Below, piece by piece: positions 11,941 to 27,710 of a stretch of DNA of 64,000 bases; the first letter of the stretch is position 1; each line of letters begins with the position of its first letter. The stretch spans positions 311,426,001-311,490,000 of the forward strand of contig OZ024742.1 of NCBI GenBank assembly GCA_964016885.1. Direction: 5' to 3'. Source of the DNA: Eledone cirrhosa. Its lineage: Eukaryota. The translations under genes were made by a program, and so were the position numbers. Under the pieces are notes generated by a model that ran no database searches, was not told the origin of the DNA, and saw nothing but the letters and a program-made list of their open reading frames with translations.

Positions 11941-14900
11941 TGTGAAGAGATCCTTACCTTACAGGTAAACATTGCTGTGAAGATCATTACCTTACAGGTA
12001 AACATTGCTGTGGAGAAGATCCTTACCTTCCAGGTAAACATTGCTGTGAAGAGATCCTTACCTTACAGGTAAACATTGCTGTGAAGAGATCTTTACCTTA
12101 CAGGTAAAGATTGCTGTGAAGAGATCATTACCTTACAGGTAAACATTGCTGTGGAGAGATCCTTACCTTACAGGTAAACATTGCTGTGAAGAGATCATTA
12201 CCTTACAGGTAAACATTGCTGTGAAGAGATCATTACCTTACAGGTAAACATTGCTGTGGAGAAGATCATTACCTTACAGGTAAACATTGCTGTGGAGATA
12301 TCCTTACCTTACAGGTAAACATTGCTGTGGAGAAGATCATTACCTTACAGGTAAACATTGCTGTGGAGAAGATCATTACCTTACAGGTAAACATTGCTGT
12401 GAAGAGATCCTTACCTTACAGGTAAACATTGCTGTGGAGAAGATCATTACCTTACAGGTAAACATTGCTGTGGAGAAGATCCTTATCTTATAGGTAAACA
12501 TTGCTGTGAAGAAGATCATTACCTTACAAGTAAACATTGCTGTGAAGAAGATCATTACCTTACAGGTAAACATTGCTGTGGAGAGATCCTTACCTTACAG
12601 GTAAACATTGCTGTGAAGAGATCCTTACCTTACAGGTAAACATTGCTGTGAAGAAGATCATTACCTTACAGGTAAACATTGCTGTGGAGAGATCATTACC
12701 TTACAGGTAAACATTGCTGTGGAGAGATCCTTACCTTACAGGTAAACATTGCTGTGGAGAAGATCATTACCTTACAGGTAAACATTGCTGTGGAGAAGAT
12801 CATTACCTTACAGGTAAACATTGCTGTGAAGAGATCCTTACCTTACAGGTAAACTTTACTGTGGAGAAGATCATTACCTTACAGGTAAACATTGCTGTGA
12901 AGAGATCCTTACCTTACAGGTAAACATTGCTGTGGAGAAGATCATTACCTTACAGGTAAGCATTGCTGTGGAGAAGATCATTACATTACAGGTAAACATT
13001 GCTGTGAAGAGATCCTTACCTTACAGGTAAACATTGGTGTGAAGAAGATCATTACCTTACAGGTAAACATTGCTGAGAATAGATCCTTACCTTACAGGTA
13101 AACATTGGTGTGAAGAGATCCTTACCTTACAGGTAAACATTGCTGTGAAGATCATTACCTTACAGGTAAACATTGCTGTGGAGAAGATCCTTACCTTACA
13201 GGTAAACATTGCTGTGAAGAGATCCTTACCTTACAGGTAAACATTGCTGTGAAGAGATCTTTACCTTACAGGTAAAGATTGCTGTGAAGAGATCATTACC
13301 TTACAGGTAAACATTGCTGTGGAGAGATCCTTACCTTACAGGTAAACATTGCTGTGAAGAGATCATTACCTTACAGGTAAACATTGCTGTGAAGAGATCA
13401 TTACCTTACAGGTAAACATTGCTGTGGAGAAGATCATTACCTTACAGGTAAAGATTGCTGTGAAGAGATCATTACCTTACAGGTAAACATTGCTGTGAAG
13501 AGATCCTTACCTTACAGGTAAACATTGCTGTGAAGAGATCCTTACCTTACAGGTAAACATTGCTGTGGAGAGATCCTTACCTTACAGGTAAACATTGCTG
13601 TGAAGAGATCATTACCTTACAGGTAAACATTGCTGTGGAGAAGATCATTACCTTACAGGTAAACATTGCTGTGGAGAAGATCATTACCTTACAGGTAAAG
13701 ATTGCTGTGAAGAGATCATTACCTTACAGGTAAACATTGCTGTGAAGAGATCCTTACCTTACAGGTAAACATTGCTGTGGAGAGATCCTTACCTTACAGG
13801 TAAACATTGCTGTGGAGAAGATCATTACCTTACAGGTAAACATTGCTGTGGAGAAGATCATTACCTTACAGGTAAACATTGCTGTGGAGAGATCCTTACC
13901 TTACAGGTAAACATTGCTGTGGAGAAGATCATTACCTTACAGGTAAACATTGCTGTGGAGAAGATCATTACCTTACAGGTAAACATTGCTGTGAAGAGAT
14001 CCTTACCTTACAGGTAAACTTTACTGTGGAGAAGATCATTACCTTACAGGTAAACATTGGTGTGAAGAGATCCTTACCTTACAGGTAAACATTGCTGTGA
14101 AGTGATCCTTACCTTACAGGTAAACATTGCTGTGAAGAAGATCATTACCTTACAGGTAAACATTGCTGTGGAGAGATCCTTACCTTACAGGTAAACATTG
14201 CTGTGAAGAGATCCTTACCTTACAGGTAAACATTGCTGTGAAGAAGATCATTACCTTACAGGTAAACATTGCTGTGGAGAGATCATTACCTTACAGGTAA
14301 ACATTGCTGTGGAGAGATCCTTACCTTACAGGTAAACATTGCTGTGGAGAAGATCATTACCTTACAGGTAAACATTGCTGTGAAGAGATCCTTACGTTAC
14401 AGGTAAACTTTACTGTGGAGAAGATCATTACCTTACAGGTAAGCATTGCTGTGGAGAGATCATTACCTTACAGGTAAACATTGATGTGAAGAGATCCTTA
14501 CCTTACAGGTAAACATTACTGTGGAGAAGATCATTACCTTACAGGTAAACATTGCTGTGAAGAGATCCTTACCTTACAGGTAAACATTGCTGTGGAGAAG
14601 ATCATTACCTTACAGGTAAACATTGCTGTGAAGAGATCCTTACCTTACAGGTAAACATTGGTGTGAAGAGATCCTTACCTTACAGGTAAACATTGCTGTG
14701 AAGAGATCCTTACCTTACAGGTAAACATTGCTGTGGAGAAGATTATTACCTTACAGGTAAACATTGCTGTGAAGAGATCTTTACCTTACAGGTAAACATT
14801 GCTGTGGAGAAGATCATTACCTTACAGGTAAACATTGCTGTGAAGAGATCCTTACCTTACAGGGAAACATTGCTGTGAAGAGATCTTTACCTTACAGGGA

Positions 14901-17900
14901 AACATTGCTGTGAAGAGATCCTTACCTTACAGGTAAACATTGCTGTGAAGAGATCCTTACCTTACAGGTAAACATTGCTGTGAAGAGATCCTTACCTTAC
15001 AGGTAAACATTGCTGTGGAGAAGATCATTACCTTACAGGTAAACATTGCTGTGGAGAGATCCTTACCTTACAGATAAACATTGGTGTGAAGAAGATCATT
15101 ACCTTACAGGTAAACATTGCTGTGAATAGATCCTTACCTTACAGGTAAACATTGGTGTGAAGAGATCCTTACCTTACAGGTAAACATTGCTGTGAAGATC
15201 ATTACCTTACAGGTAAACATTGCTGTGGAGAAGATCCTTACCTTACAGGTAAACATTGCTGTGAAGAGATCCTTACCTTACAGGTAAACATTGCTGTGAA
15301 GAGATCTTTACTTTACAGGTAAAGATTGCTGTGAAGAGATCATTACCTTACAGGTAAACATTGCTGTGGAGAGATCCTTACCTTACAGGTAAACATTGCT
15401 GTGAAGAGATCATTACCTTACAGGTAAACATTGCTGTGAAGAGATCATTACCTTACAGGTAAACATTGCTGTGGAGAAGATCATTACCTTACAGGTAAAC
15501 ATTGCTGTGGAGAGATCCTTACCTTACAGGTAAACATTGCTGTGGAGAAGATCATTACCTTACAGGTAAACATTGCTGTGGAGAAGATCATTACCTTACA
15601 GGTAAACATTGCTGTGAAGAGATCCTTACCTTACAGGTAAACATTGCTGTGGAGAAGATCATTACCTTACAGGTAAACATTGCTGTGGAGAAGATCCTTA
15701 TCTTATAGGTAAACATTGCTGTGAAGAAGATCATTACCTTACAGGTAAACATTGCTGTGAAGAAGATCATTACCTTACAGGTAAACATTGCTGTGGAGAG
15801 ATCCTTACCTTACAGGTAAACATTGCTGTGAAGAGATCCTTACCTTACAGGTAAACATTGCTGTGAAGAAGATCATTACCTTACAGGTAAACATTGCTGT
15901 GGAGAGATCATTACCTTACAGGTAAACATTGCTGTGGAGAGATCCTTACCTTACAGGTAAATATTGCTGTGGAGAAGATCATTACCTTACAGGTAAACAT
16001 TGCTGTGGAGAAGATCATTACCTTACAGGTAAACATTGCTGTGAAGAGATCCTTACCTTACAGGTAAACTTTACTGTGGAGAAGATCATTACCTTACAGG
16101 TAAACATTGCTGTGAAGAGATCCTTACCTTACAGGTAAACATTGCTGTGGAGGAGATCATTACCTTACAGGTAAGCATTGCTGTGGAGAAGATCATTACC
16201 TTACAGGTAAACATTGCTGTGAAGAGATCCTTACCTTATAGGTAAACATTGGTGTGAAGAAGATCATTACCTTACAGGTAAACATTGCTGTGAATAGATC
16301 CTTACCTTACAGGTAAACATTGGTGTGAAGAGATCCTTACCTTACAGGTAAACATTGCTGTGAAGATCATTACCTTACAGGTAAACATTGCTGTGGAGAA
16401 GATCCTTACCTTACAGGTAAACATTGCTGTGAAGAGATCCTTACCTTACAGGTAAACATTGCTGTGAAGAGATCTTTACCTTACAGGTAAAGATTGCTGT
16501 GAAGAGATCATTACCTTACAGGTAAACATTGCTGTGGAGAGATCCTTACCTTACAGGTAAACATTGCTGTGAAGAGATCATTACCTTACAGGTAAACATT
16601 GCTGTGAAGAGATCATTACCTTACAGGTAAACATTGCTGTGGAGAAGATCATTACCTTACAGGTAAAGATTGCTGTGAAGAGATCATTACCTTACAGGTA
16701 AACATTGCTGTGAAGAGATCCTTACCTTACAGGTAAACATTGCTGTGAAGAGATCCTTACCTTACAGGTAAACATTGCTGTGGAGAGATCCTTACCTTAC
16801 AGGTAAACATTGCTGTGAAGAGATCATTACCTTACAGGTAAACATTGCTGTGGAGAAGATCATTACCTTACAGGTAAACATTGCTGTGGAGAAGATCATT
16901 ACCTTACAGGTAAAGATTGCTGTGAAGAGATCATTACCTTACAGGTAAACATTGCTGTGAAGAGATCCTTACCTTACAGGTAAACATTGCTGTGGAGAGA
17001 TCCTTACCTTACAGGTAAACATTGCTGTGGAGAAGATCATTACCTTACAGGTAAACATTGCTGTTGAGAAGATCATTACCTTACAGGTAAACATTGCTGT
17101 GGAGAGATCCTTACCTTACAGGTAAACATTGCTGTGGAGAAGATCATTACCTTACAGGTAAACATTGCTGTGGAGAAGATCATTACCTTACAGGTAAACA
17201 TTGCTGTGAAGAGATCCTTACCTTACAGGTAAACTTTACTGTGGAGAAGATCATTACCTTACAGGTAAACATTGGTGTGAAGAGATCCTTACCTTACAGG
17301 TAAACATTGCTGTGAAGTGATCCTTACCTTACAGGTAAACATTGCTGTGAAGAAGATCATTACCTTACAGGTAAACATTGCTGTGGAGAGATCCTTACCT
17401 TACAGGTAAACATTGCTGTGAAGAGATCCTTACCTTACAGGTAAACATTGCTGTGAAGAAGATCATTACCTTACAGGTAAACATTGCTGTGGGGAGATCA
17501 TTACCTTACAGGTAAACATTAGTGTGGAGAGATCCTTACCTTACAGGTAAACATTGCTGTGGAGAAGATCATTACCTTACAGGTAAACATTGCTGTGAAG
17601 AGATCCTTACGTTACAGGTAAACTTTACTGTGGAGAAGATCATTACCTTACAGGTAAGCATTGCTGTGGAGAGATCATTACCTTACAGGTAAACATTGCT
17701 GTGAAGAGATCCTTACCTTACAGGTAAACTTTACTGTGGAGAAGATCATTACCTTACAGGTAAACATTGCTGTGAAGAGATCCTTACCTTACAGGTAAAC
17801 ATTGCTGTGGAGAAGATCATTACCTTACAGGTAAACATTGCTGTGAAGAGATCCTTACCTTACAGGTAAACATTGGTGTGAAGAGATCCTTACCTTACAG

Positions 17901-18300
17901 GTAAACATTGCTGTGAAGAGATCCTTACCTTACAGGTAAACATTGCTGTGGAGAAGTTAATTACCTTACAGGTAAACATTGCTGTGAAGAGATCTTTACC
18001 TTACAGGTAAACATTGCTGTGGAGAAGATCATTAGCTTACAGGTAAACATTGCTGTGAAGAGATCCTTACCTTACAGGGAAACATTGCTGTGAAGAGATC
18101 TTTACCTTACAGGGAAACATTGCTGTGAAGAGATCCTTACCTTACAGGTAAACATTGCTGTGAAGAGATCCTTACCTTACAGGTAAACATTGCTGTGAAG
18201 AGATCCTTACCTTACAGGTAAACATTGCTGTGGAGAAAATCATTACCTTACAGGTAAACATTGCTGTGGAGAGATCCTTACCTTACAGATAAACATTGGT
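11850..18300. repeat. Higher-order tandem duplication, period 3,215 bp
   Basis: Matching ORF-track starts at 12287/15502, 12714/15929 and 13879/17094. The CAGATAAACATTGG variant occurs at 11856/15071/18286. Confidence 0.85.
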
Positions 18301-20889
18301 GTGAAGAAGATCATTACCTTACAGGTAAACATTGCTGTGGAGAAGATCCTTACCTTACATGTAAACATTGCTGTGAAGAGATCCTTACCTTACAGGTAAA
18401 CATTGCTGTGAAGAGATCTTTACCTTACAGGTAAAGATTGCTGTGAAGAGATCATTACCTTACAGGTAAACATTGCTGTGGAGAGATCTTTACCTTACAG
18501 GTAAACATTGCTGTGGAGAAGATCATTACCTTACAGGTAAACATTGCTGTGGAGAAGATCATTACCTTACAGGTAAACATTGCTGTGGAGAGATCCTTAC
18601 CTTACAGGTAAACATTGCTGTGGAGAAGATCATTACCTTACAGATAAACATTGGTGTGAAGAGATCATTACCTTACAGGTAAATATTGCTGTGGAGAAGA
18701 TCATTACCTTACAGGTAAACATTGCTGTGAAGAGATCCTTACCTTACAGATAAACATTGGTGTGAAGAGATCATTACCTTACAGGTAAACATTGCTGTGG
18801 AGAAGATCATTACCTTACAGGTAAACATTGCTGTGAAGAAGATCATTACCTTACAGGTAAACATTGCTGTGAAGAGATCCTTACCTTACAGATAAACATT
18901 GGTGTGAAGAAGATCATTACCTTACAGGTAAACATTGCTGTGAATAGATCCTTACCTTACAGGTAAACATTGGTGTGAAGAGATCCTTACCTTACAGGTA
19001 AACATTGCTGTGAAGATCATTACCTTACAGGTAAGCATTGCTGTGGAGAAGATCCTTACCTTACAGGTAAACATTGCTGTGAAGAGATCCTTACCTTACA
19101 GGTAAACATTGCTGTGAAGAGATCTTTACCTTACAGGTAAACATTGCTGTGAAGAGATCATTACCTTACAGGTAAACATTGCTGTGGAGAGATCCTTACC
19201 TTACAGGTAAACATTGCTGTGAAGAGATCATTACCTTACAGGTAAACATTGCTGTGAAGAGATCATTACCTTACAGGTAAACATTGCTGTGAAGAGATCA
19301 TTACCTTACAGGTAAACATTGCTGTGGAGAAGATCATTACCTTACAGGTAAACATTGCTGTGAAGAGATCCTTACCTTACAGGTAAACATTGCAGTGAAG
19401 AGATCATTAACTTACAGGTAAACATTGCTGTGAAGAGATCTTTACCTTACAGGTAAACATTGCTGTGAAGAGATCATTACCTTACAGGTAAACATTGGTG
19501 TGAAGAGATCCTTACCTTACAGGTAAACATTGCTGTGAAGAGATCATTACCTTACAAGTAAACATTGCTGTGGTGAAAGATCATTACCTTACAGTTAAAC
19601 ATTACTGTGAAGAGATCATTACCTTACAGGTAAACATTGCTGTGAGGAGATCCTTACCTTACAGGTAAACATTGCTGTGGTGAAAGATCATTACCTTACA
19701 GGTAAACATTGCTGTGGAGAAGATCCTTATCTTACAGGTAAACATTGCTGTGAAGAGATCATTACCTTACAGGTAAACATTGCTGTGAAGAGATCCTTAA
19801 CTTACAGATGAACATTGGTGTGAAGAGATCATTACCTTACAGCTAAACATTGCTGTGAAGAGATCTTTACCTTACAGGTAAACATTACTGTGAAGAGATC
19901 ATTACCTTACAGGTAAACATTGCTGTGAGGAGATCCTTACCTTACAGGTAAACATTGCTGTGGTGAAAGATCATTACCTTACAGGTAAACATTGCTGTGG
20001 AGAAGATCATTACCTTACAGGTAAACATTGCTGTGGTGAAAGATTATTACCTTACAGGTAAACATTGCTGTGGTGAAAGATCATTACCTTACAGGTAAAC
20101 ATTGCTGTGAAGAGATCTTTACCTTACAGGTAAACATTGCTGTGAAGAGATCCTTACCTTACAGGTAAACATTGCTGTGAAGATCATTACCATACAGGTA
20201 AACATTGCTGTGGAGAAGATCCTTACCTTACAGGTAAACATTGCTGTGGAGAAGATCATTACCTTACAGGTAAACATTGCTGTGAAGAGATCCTTACCTT
20301 ACAGATAAACATTGCTGTGAAGAGATCTTTACCTTACAGGTAAACATTGGTGTGAAGAGATCCTTACCTTACAGGTAAACATTGCTGTGAAGATCATTAC
20401 CTTACAGGTAAACATTGCTGTGAAGAGATCCTTACCTTACAGGTAAACATTGCTGTGAAGAGATCATTACCTTACAGGTAAACATTGCTGTGAAGAGATC
20501 ATTACCTTACAGGTAAACATTGCTGAGAAGAGATCCTTACCTTCCAGGTAAACATTGGTGTGAAGAGATCCTTACCTTACAGGTAAACATTGCTGTGAAG
20601 AGATCATTACCTTACAGGTAAACATTGCTGTGGTGAAAGATCATTACCTTACAGTTAAACATTACTGTGAAGAGATCCTTACCTTACAGGTAAACATTGC
20701 TGAGAAGAGATCCTTACCTTCCAGGTAAACATTGCTGTGAAGAGATCCTTACCTTACAGGTAAACATTGCTGTGAAGAGATCATTACCTTACAGGTAAAC
20801 ATTGCTGTGAAGAGATCATTAGCGTACAGGTAAACATTGCTGTGAAGAGATCCTTACCTTACAGGTGAACATTGCTGTGAAGAGATCCT

Positions 20890-23800
20890 TACCTTAGAGG
20901 TAAACGTTGCTGTGGAGAGATCCTTACCTTACAGGTAAACATTGGTGTGAAGAGAGTAAGGTAATGATCTTCTCCACAGCAATGTTTACCTATAAGGTAA
21001 TGAACTTACAGGTAAACATTGCTGTGGAGAAGATCATTACCTTACAGGTAAATATTGTTGTGAAGAGATCTTTACCTTACAGGTAAACATTGCTGTGGAG
21101 AAGATCATTACCTTACAGGTAAACTTTACTGTGGAGAGATCCTTACCTTACAGGTAAACATTGGTGTGAAGAGAGTAAGGTAATGATCTTCTCCACAGCA
21201 ATGTTTACCTATAAGGTAATGAACTTACAGGTAAACATTGCTGTGGAGAAGATCATTACCTTACAGGTAAATATTGTTGTGAAGAGATATTTACCTTACA
21301 GGTAAACATTGCTGTGAAGAGATCATTACCTTACAGGTAAACATTGCTGTGGAGAAGATCATTATCTTACAGGTAAACATTGCTGTGAAGAAGATCATTA
21401 ATTACAGGTAAACATTGCTGTGAAGAACATCATTACCTTACAGGTAAACATTGCTGTGAAGAGATCCTTAACTTACAGGTAAACATTGCTGTGAAGAGAT
21501 CCTTACCTTACAGGTAAACATTGCTGTGGAGAAGATCATTATCTTACAGGTAAACATTGCTGTGAAGAGATAATTACCTTACAGGTAAACATTGCTGTGA
21601 AGAGATAATTACCTTACAGGTAAACATTACTGTGAAGAGATCCTTACCTTACAGGTAAACATTGCTGTGAAGAGATCCTTACCTTACAGGTAAACATTGC
21701 TGTGAAGAGATCCTTACCTTACAGGTAAACATTGCTGTGGAGAAGATCATTACCTTACAGATAAACATTGCTGTGGAGAGATCCTTACCTTACAGATAAA
21801 CATTGGTGTGAAGAAGATCATTACCTTACAGGTAAACATTGCTGTGAATAGATCCTTACCTTACAGGTAAACATTGGTGTGAAGAGATCCTTACCTTACA
21901 GGTAAACATTGCTGTGAAGATCATTACCTTACAGGTAAACATTGCTGTGGAGAAGATCCTTACCTTACAGGTAAACATTGCTGTGAAGAGATCTTTACCT
22001 TACAGGTAAAGATTGCTGTGAAGAGATCATTACCTTACAGGTAAACATTGCTGTGGAGAGATCCTTACCTTACAGGTAAACATTGCTGTGGAGAAGATCA
22101 TTACCTTACAGGTAAACATTGCTGTGGAGAAGATCATTACTTTACAGGTAAACATTGCTGTGGAGAGATCCTTACCTTACAGGTAAACATTGCTGTGGAG
22201 AAGATCATTACCTTACAGATAAACATTGGTGTGAAGAGATCATTACCTTACAGGTAAACATTGCTGTGGAGAAGATCATTACCTTACAGGTAAACATTGC
22301 TGTGAAGAGATCCTTACCTTACAGATAAACATTGGTGTGAAGAGATCATTACCTTACAGGTAAACATTGCTGTGGAGAAGATCATTACCTTACAGGTAAA
22401 CATTGCTGTGTAGAAGATCATTACCTTACAGGTAAACATTGCTGTGAAGAGATCCTTAGCTTACAGATAAACATTGGTGTGAAGAAGATCATTACCTTAC
22501 AGGTAAACATTGCTGTGAATAGATCCTTACCTTACAGGTAAACATTGGTGTGAAGAGATCCTTACCTTACAGGTAAACATTGCTGTGAAGATCATTACCT
22601 TACAGGTAAATATTGCTGTGGAGAAGATCCTTACCTTACAGGTAAACATTGCTGTGAAGAGATCCTTACCTTACAGGTAAACATTGCTGTGAAGAGATCT
22701 TTACCTTACAGGTAAAGATTGCTGTGAAGAGATCATTACCTTACAGGTAATCATTGCTGTGGAGAGATCCTTACCTTACAGGTAAACATTGCTGTGGAGA
22801 GATCCTTACCTTACAGGTAAACATTGCTGTGGAGAAGATCATTACCTTACAGGTAAACATTGCTGTGGAGAAGATCATTACCTTACAGGTAAACATTGCT
22901 GTGAAGAGATCCTTACCTTACAGGTAAACATTGCTGTGGAGAAGATCATTACCTTACAGGTAAACATTGCTGTGTAGAAGATCATTACCTTACAGGTAAA
23001 CATTGCTGTGAAGAGATCATTACCTTACAGGTAAACATTGCTGTGGAGAAGATCATTACCTTACAGGTAAACATTGCTGTGGAGAGATCCTTACCTTACA
23101 GGTAAACATTGCTGTGGAGAAGATCATTACCTTACAGGTAAACATTGCTGTGGAGAAGATCATTACCTTACAGGTAAACATTGCTGTGAAGAGATCCTTA
23201 CCTTACAGGTAAACATTGCTGTGGAGAAGATCATTACCTTACAGGTAAACATTGCTGTGGAGAAGATTCTTATCTTACAGGTAAACATTGCTGTGAAGAA
23301 GATCATTACCTTACAGGTAAACATTGCTGTGAAGAAGATCATTACCTTACAGGTAAACATTGCTGTGGAGAGATCCTTACCTTACAGGTAAACATTGCTG
23401 TGAAGAGATCCTTACCTTACAGGTAAACATTGCTGTGAAGGAGATCATTACCTTACAGGTAAACATTGCTGTTGAGAGATCATTACCTTACAGGTAAACA
23501 TTGCTGTGGAGAGATCCTTACCTTACAGGTAAACATTGCTGTGGAGAAGATCATTACCTTACAGGTAAACATTGCTGTGGAGAAGATCATTACCTTACAG
23601 GTAAACATTGCTGTGGAGAAGATCATTACCTTACAGGTAAACTTTACTGTGGAGAAGATCATTACCTTACAGGTAAACATTGCTGTGAAGAGATCCTTAC
23701 CTTACAGGTAAACATTGCTGTGAAGATCATTACCTTACAGGTAAACATTGCTGTGGAGAAGATCCTTACCTTACAGGTAAACATTGCTGTGAAGAGATCC

Positions 23801-26800
23801 TTACCTTACAGGTAAACATTGCTGTGAAGAAATCTTTACCTTACAGGTAAAGATTGCTGTGAAGAGAACATTACCTAACAGGTAAACATTGCTGTGGAGA
23901 GATCCTTACCTTACAGGTAAACATTGCTGTGAAGAGATCATTACCTTACAGGTAAACATTGCTGTGAAGAGATCATTACCTTACAGGTAAACATTGCTGT
24001 GGAGAAGATCATTACCTTACAGGTAAACATTGCTGTGGAGAGATCCTTACCTTACAGGTAAACATTGCTGTGGAGAAGATCATTACCTTACAGGTAAACA
24101 TTGCTGTGGAGAAGATCATTACCTTACAGGTAAACATTGCTGTGAAGAGATCATTACCTTACAGGTAAACATTGCTGTGGAGAAGATCATTACCTTACAG
24201 GTAAACATTGCTGTGGAGAAGATCCTTATCTTACAGGTAAACATTGCTGTGAAGAAGATCATTACCTTACAGGTAAACATTGCTGTGAAGAAGATCATTA
24301 CCTTAGAGGTAAACGTTGCTGTGGAGAGATCCTTACCTTACAGGTAAACATTGGTGTGAAGAGAGTAAGGTAATGATCTTCTCCACAGCAATGTTTACCT
24401 ATAAGGTAATGAACTTACAGGTAAACATTGCTGTGGAGAAGATCATTACCTTACAGGTAAATATTGTTGTGAAGAGATCTTTACCTTACAGGTAAACATT
24501 GCTGTGGAGAAGATCATTACCTTACAGGTAAACTTTACTGTGGAGAGATCCTTACCTTACAGGTAAACATTGGTGTGAAGAGAGTAAGGTAATGATCTTC
24601 TCCACAGCAATGTTTACCTATAAGGTAATGAACTTACAGGTAAACATTGCTGTGGAGAAGATCATTACCTTACAGGTAAATATTGTTGTGAAGAGATATT
24701 TACCTTACAGGTAAACATTGCTGTGAAGAGATCATTACCTTACAGGTAAACATTGCTGTGGAGAAGATCATTATCTTACAGGTAAACATTGCTGTGAAGA
24801 AGATCATTAATTACAGGTAAACATTGCTGTGAAGAACATCATTACCTTACAGGTAAACATTGCTGTGAAGAGATCCTTAACTTACAGGTAAACATTGCTG
24901 TGAAGAGATCCTTACCTTACAGGTAAACATTGCTGTGGAGAAGATCATTATCTTACAGGTAAACATTGCTGTGAAGAGATAATTACCTTACAGGTAAACA
25001 TTGCTGTGAAGAGATAATTACCTTACAGGTAAACATTACTGTGAAGAGATCCTTACCTTACAGGTAAACATTGCTGTGAAGAGATCCTTACCTTACAGGT
25101 AAACATTGCTGTGAAGAGATCCTTACCTTACAGGTAAACATTGCTGTGGAGAAGATCATTACCTTACAGATAAACATTGCTGTGGAGAGATCCTTACCTT
25201 ACAGATAAACATTGGTGTGAAGAAGATCATTACCTTACAGGTAAACATTGCTGTGAATAGATCCTTACCTTACAGGTAAACATTGGTGTGAAGAGATCCT
25301 TACCTTACAGGTAAACATTGCTGTGAAGATCATTACCTTACAGGTAAACATTGCTGTGGAGAAGATCCTTACCTTACAGGTAAACATTGCTGTGAAGAGA
25401 TCTTTACCTTACAGGTAAAGATTGCTGTGAAGAGATCATTACCTTACAGGTAAACATTGCTGTGGAGAGATCCTTACCTTACAGGTAAACATTGCTGTGG
25501 AGAAGATCATTACCTTACAGGTAAACATTGCTGTGGAGAAGATCATTACTTTACAGGTAAACATTGCTGTGGAGAGATCCTTACCTTACAGGTAAACATT
25601 GCTGTGGAGAAGATCATTACCTTACAGATAAACATTGGTGTGAAGAGATCATTACCTTACAGGTAAACATTGCTGTGGAGAAGATCATTACCTTACAGGT
25701 AAACATTGCTGTGAAGAGATCCTTACCTTACAGATAAACATTGGTGTGAAGAGATCATTACCTTACAGGTAAACATTGCTGTGGAGAAGATCATTACCTT
25801 ACAGGTAAACATTGCTGTGTAGAAGATCATTACCTTACAGGTAAACATTGCTGTGAAGAGATCCTTAGCTTACAGATAAACATTGGTGTGAAGAAGATCA
25901 TTACCTTACAGGTAAACATTGCTGTGAATAGATCCTTACCTTACAGGTAAACATTGGTGTGAAGAGATCCTTACCTTACAGGTAAACATTGCTGTGAAGA
26001 TCATTACCTTACAGGTAAATATTGCTGTGGAGAAGATCCTTACCTTACAGGTAAACATTGCTGTGAAGAGATCCTTACCTTACAGGTAAACATTGCTGTG
26101 AAGAGATCTTTACCTTACAGGTAAAGATTGCTGTGAAGAGATCATTACCTTACAGGTAATCATTGCTGTGGAGAGATCCTTACCTTACAGGTAAACATTG
26201 CTGTGGAGAGATCCTTACCTTACAGGTAAACATTGCTGTGGAGAAGATCATTACCTTACAGGTAAACATTGCTGTGGAGAAGATCATTACCTTACAGGTA
26301 AACATTGCTGTGAAGAGATCCTTACCTTACAGGTAAACATTGCTGTGGAGAAGATCATTACCTTACAGGTAAACATTGCTGTGTAGAAGATCATTACCTT
26401 ACAGGTAAACATTGCTGTGAAGAGATCATTACCTTACAGGTAAACATTGCTGTGGAGAAGATCATTACCTTACAGGTAAACATTGCTGTGGAGAGATCCT
26501 TACCTTACAGGTAAACATTGCTGTGGAGAAGATCATTACCTTACAGGTAAACATTGCTGTGGAGAAGATCATTACCTTACAGGTAAACATTGCTGTGAAG
26601 AGATCCTTACCTTACAGGTAAACATTGCTGTGGAGAAGATCATTACCTTACAGGTAAACATTGCTGTGGAGAAGATTCTTATCTTACAGGTAAACATTGC
26701 TGTGAAGAAGATCATTACCTTACAGGTAAACATTGCTGTGAAGAAGATCATTACCTTACAGGTAAACATTGCTGTGGAGAGATCCTTACCTTACAGGTAA

Positions 26801-27710
26801 ACATTGCTGTGAAGAGATCCTTACCTTACAGGTAAACATTGCTGTGAAGGAGATCATTACCTTACAGGTAAACATTGCTGTTGAGAGATCATTACCTTAC
26901 AGGTAAACATTGCTGTGGAGAGATCCTTACCTTACAGGTAAACATTGCTGTGGAGAAGATCATTACCTTACAGGTAAACATTGCTGTGGAGAAGATCATT
27001 ACCTTACAGGTAAACATTGCTGTGGAGAAGATCATTACCTTACAGGTAAACTTTACTGTGGAGAAGATCATTACCTTACAGGTAAACATTGCTGTGAAGA
27101 GATCCTTACCTTACAGGTAAACATTGCTGTGAAGATCATTACCTTACAGGTAAACATTGCTGTGGAGAAGATCCTTACCTTACAGGTAAACATTGCTGTG
27201 AAGAGATCCTTACCTTACAGGTAAACATTGCTGTGAAGAAATCTTTACCTTACAGGTAAAGATTGCTGTGAAGAGAACATTACCTAACAGGTAAACATTG
27301 CTGTGGAGAGATCCTTACCTTACAGGTAAACATTGCTGTGAAGAGATCATTACCTTACAGGTAAACATTGCTGTGAAGAGATCATTACCTTACAGGTAAA
27401 CATTGCTGTGGAGAAGATCATTACCTTACAGGTAAACATTGCTGTGGAGAGATCCTTACCTTACAGGTAAACATTGCTGTGGAGAAGATCATTACCTTAC
27501 AGGTAAACATTGCTGTGGAGAAGATCATTACCTTACAGGTAAACATTGCTGTGAAGAGATCATTACCTTACAGGTAAACATTGCTGTGGAGAAGATCATT
27601 ACCTTACAGGTAAACATTGCTGTGGAGAAGATCCTTATCTTACAGGTAAACATTGCTGTGAAGAAGATCATTACCTTACAGGTAAACATTGCTGTGAAGA
27701 AGATCATTAC
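20890..27710. repeat. Higher-order tandem duplication, period 3,409 bp
   Basis: ORF-track starts at 22048/25457, 22789/26198, 23074/26483, 23466/26875 and 24030/27439. Inverted segments at 20956/24365 and 21175/24584. Confidence 0.9.
20956..21003 (-). repeat. 48-bp inverted satellite segment (first of 16 copies)
   Basis: GTAAGGTAATGATCTTCTCCACAGCAATGTTTACCTATAAGGTAATGA is the reverse complement of ~1.3 monomers. Other copies start at 21175, 24365, 24584, 28093, 31639, 31857, 34704, 36766, 39533, 39752, 44819, 45217, 45436, 47902 and 50617. Confidence 0.95.
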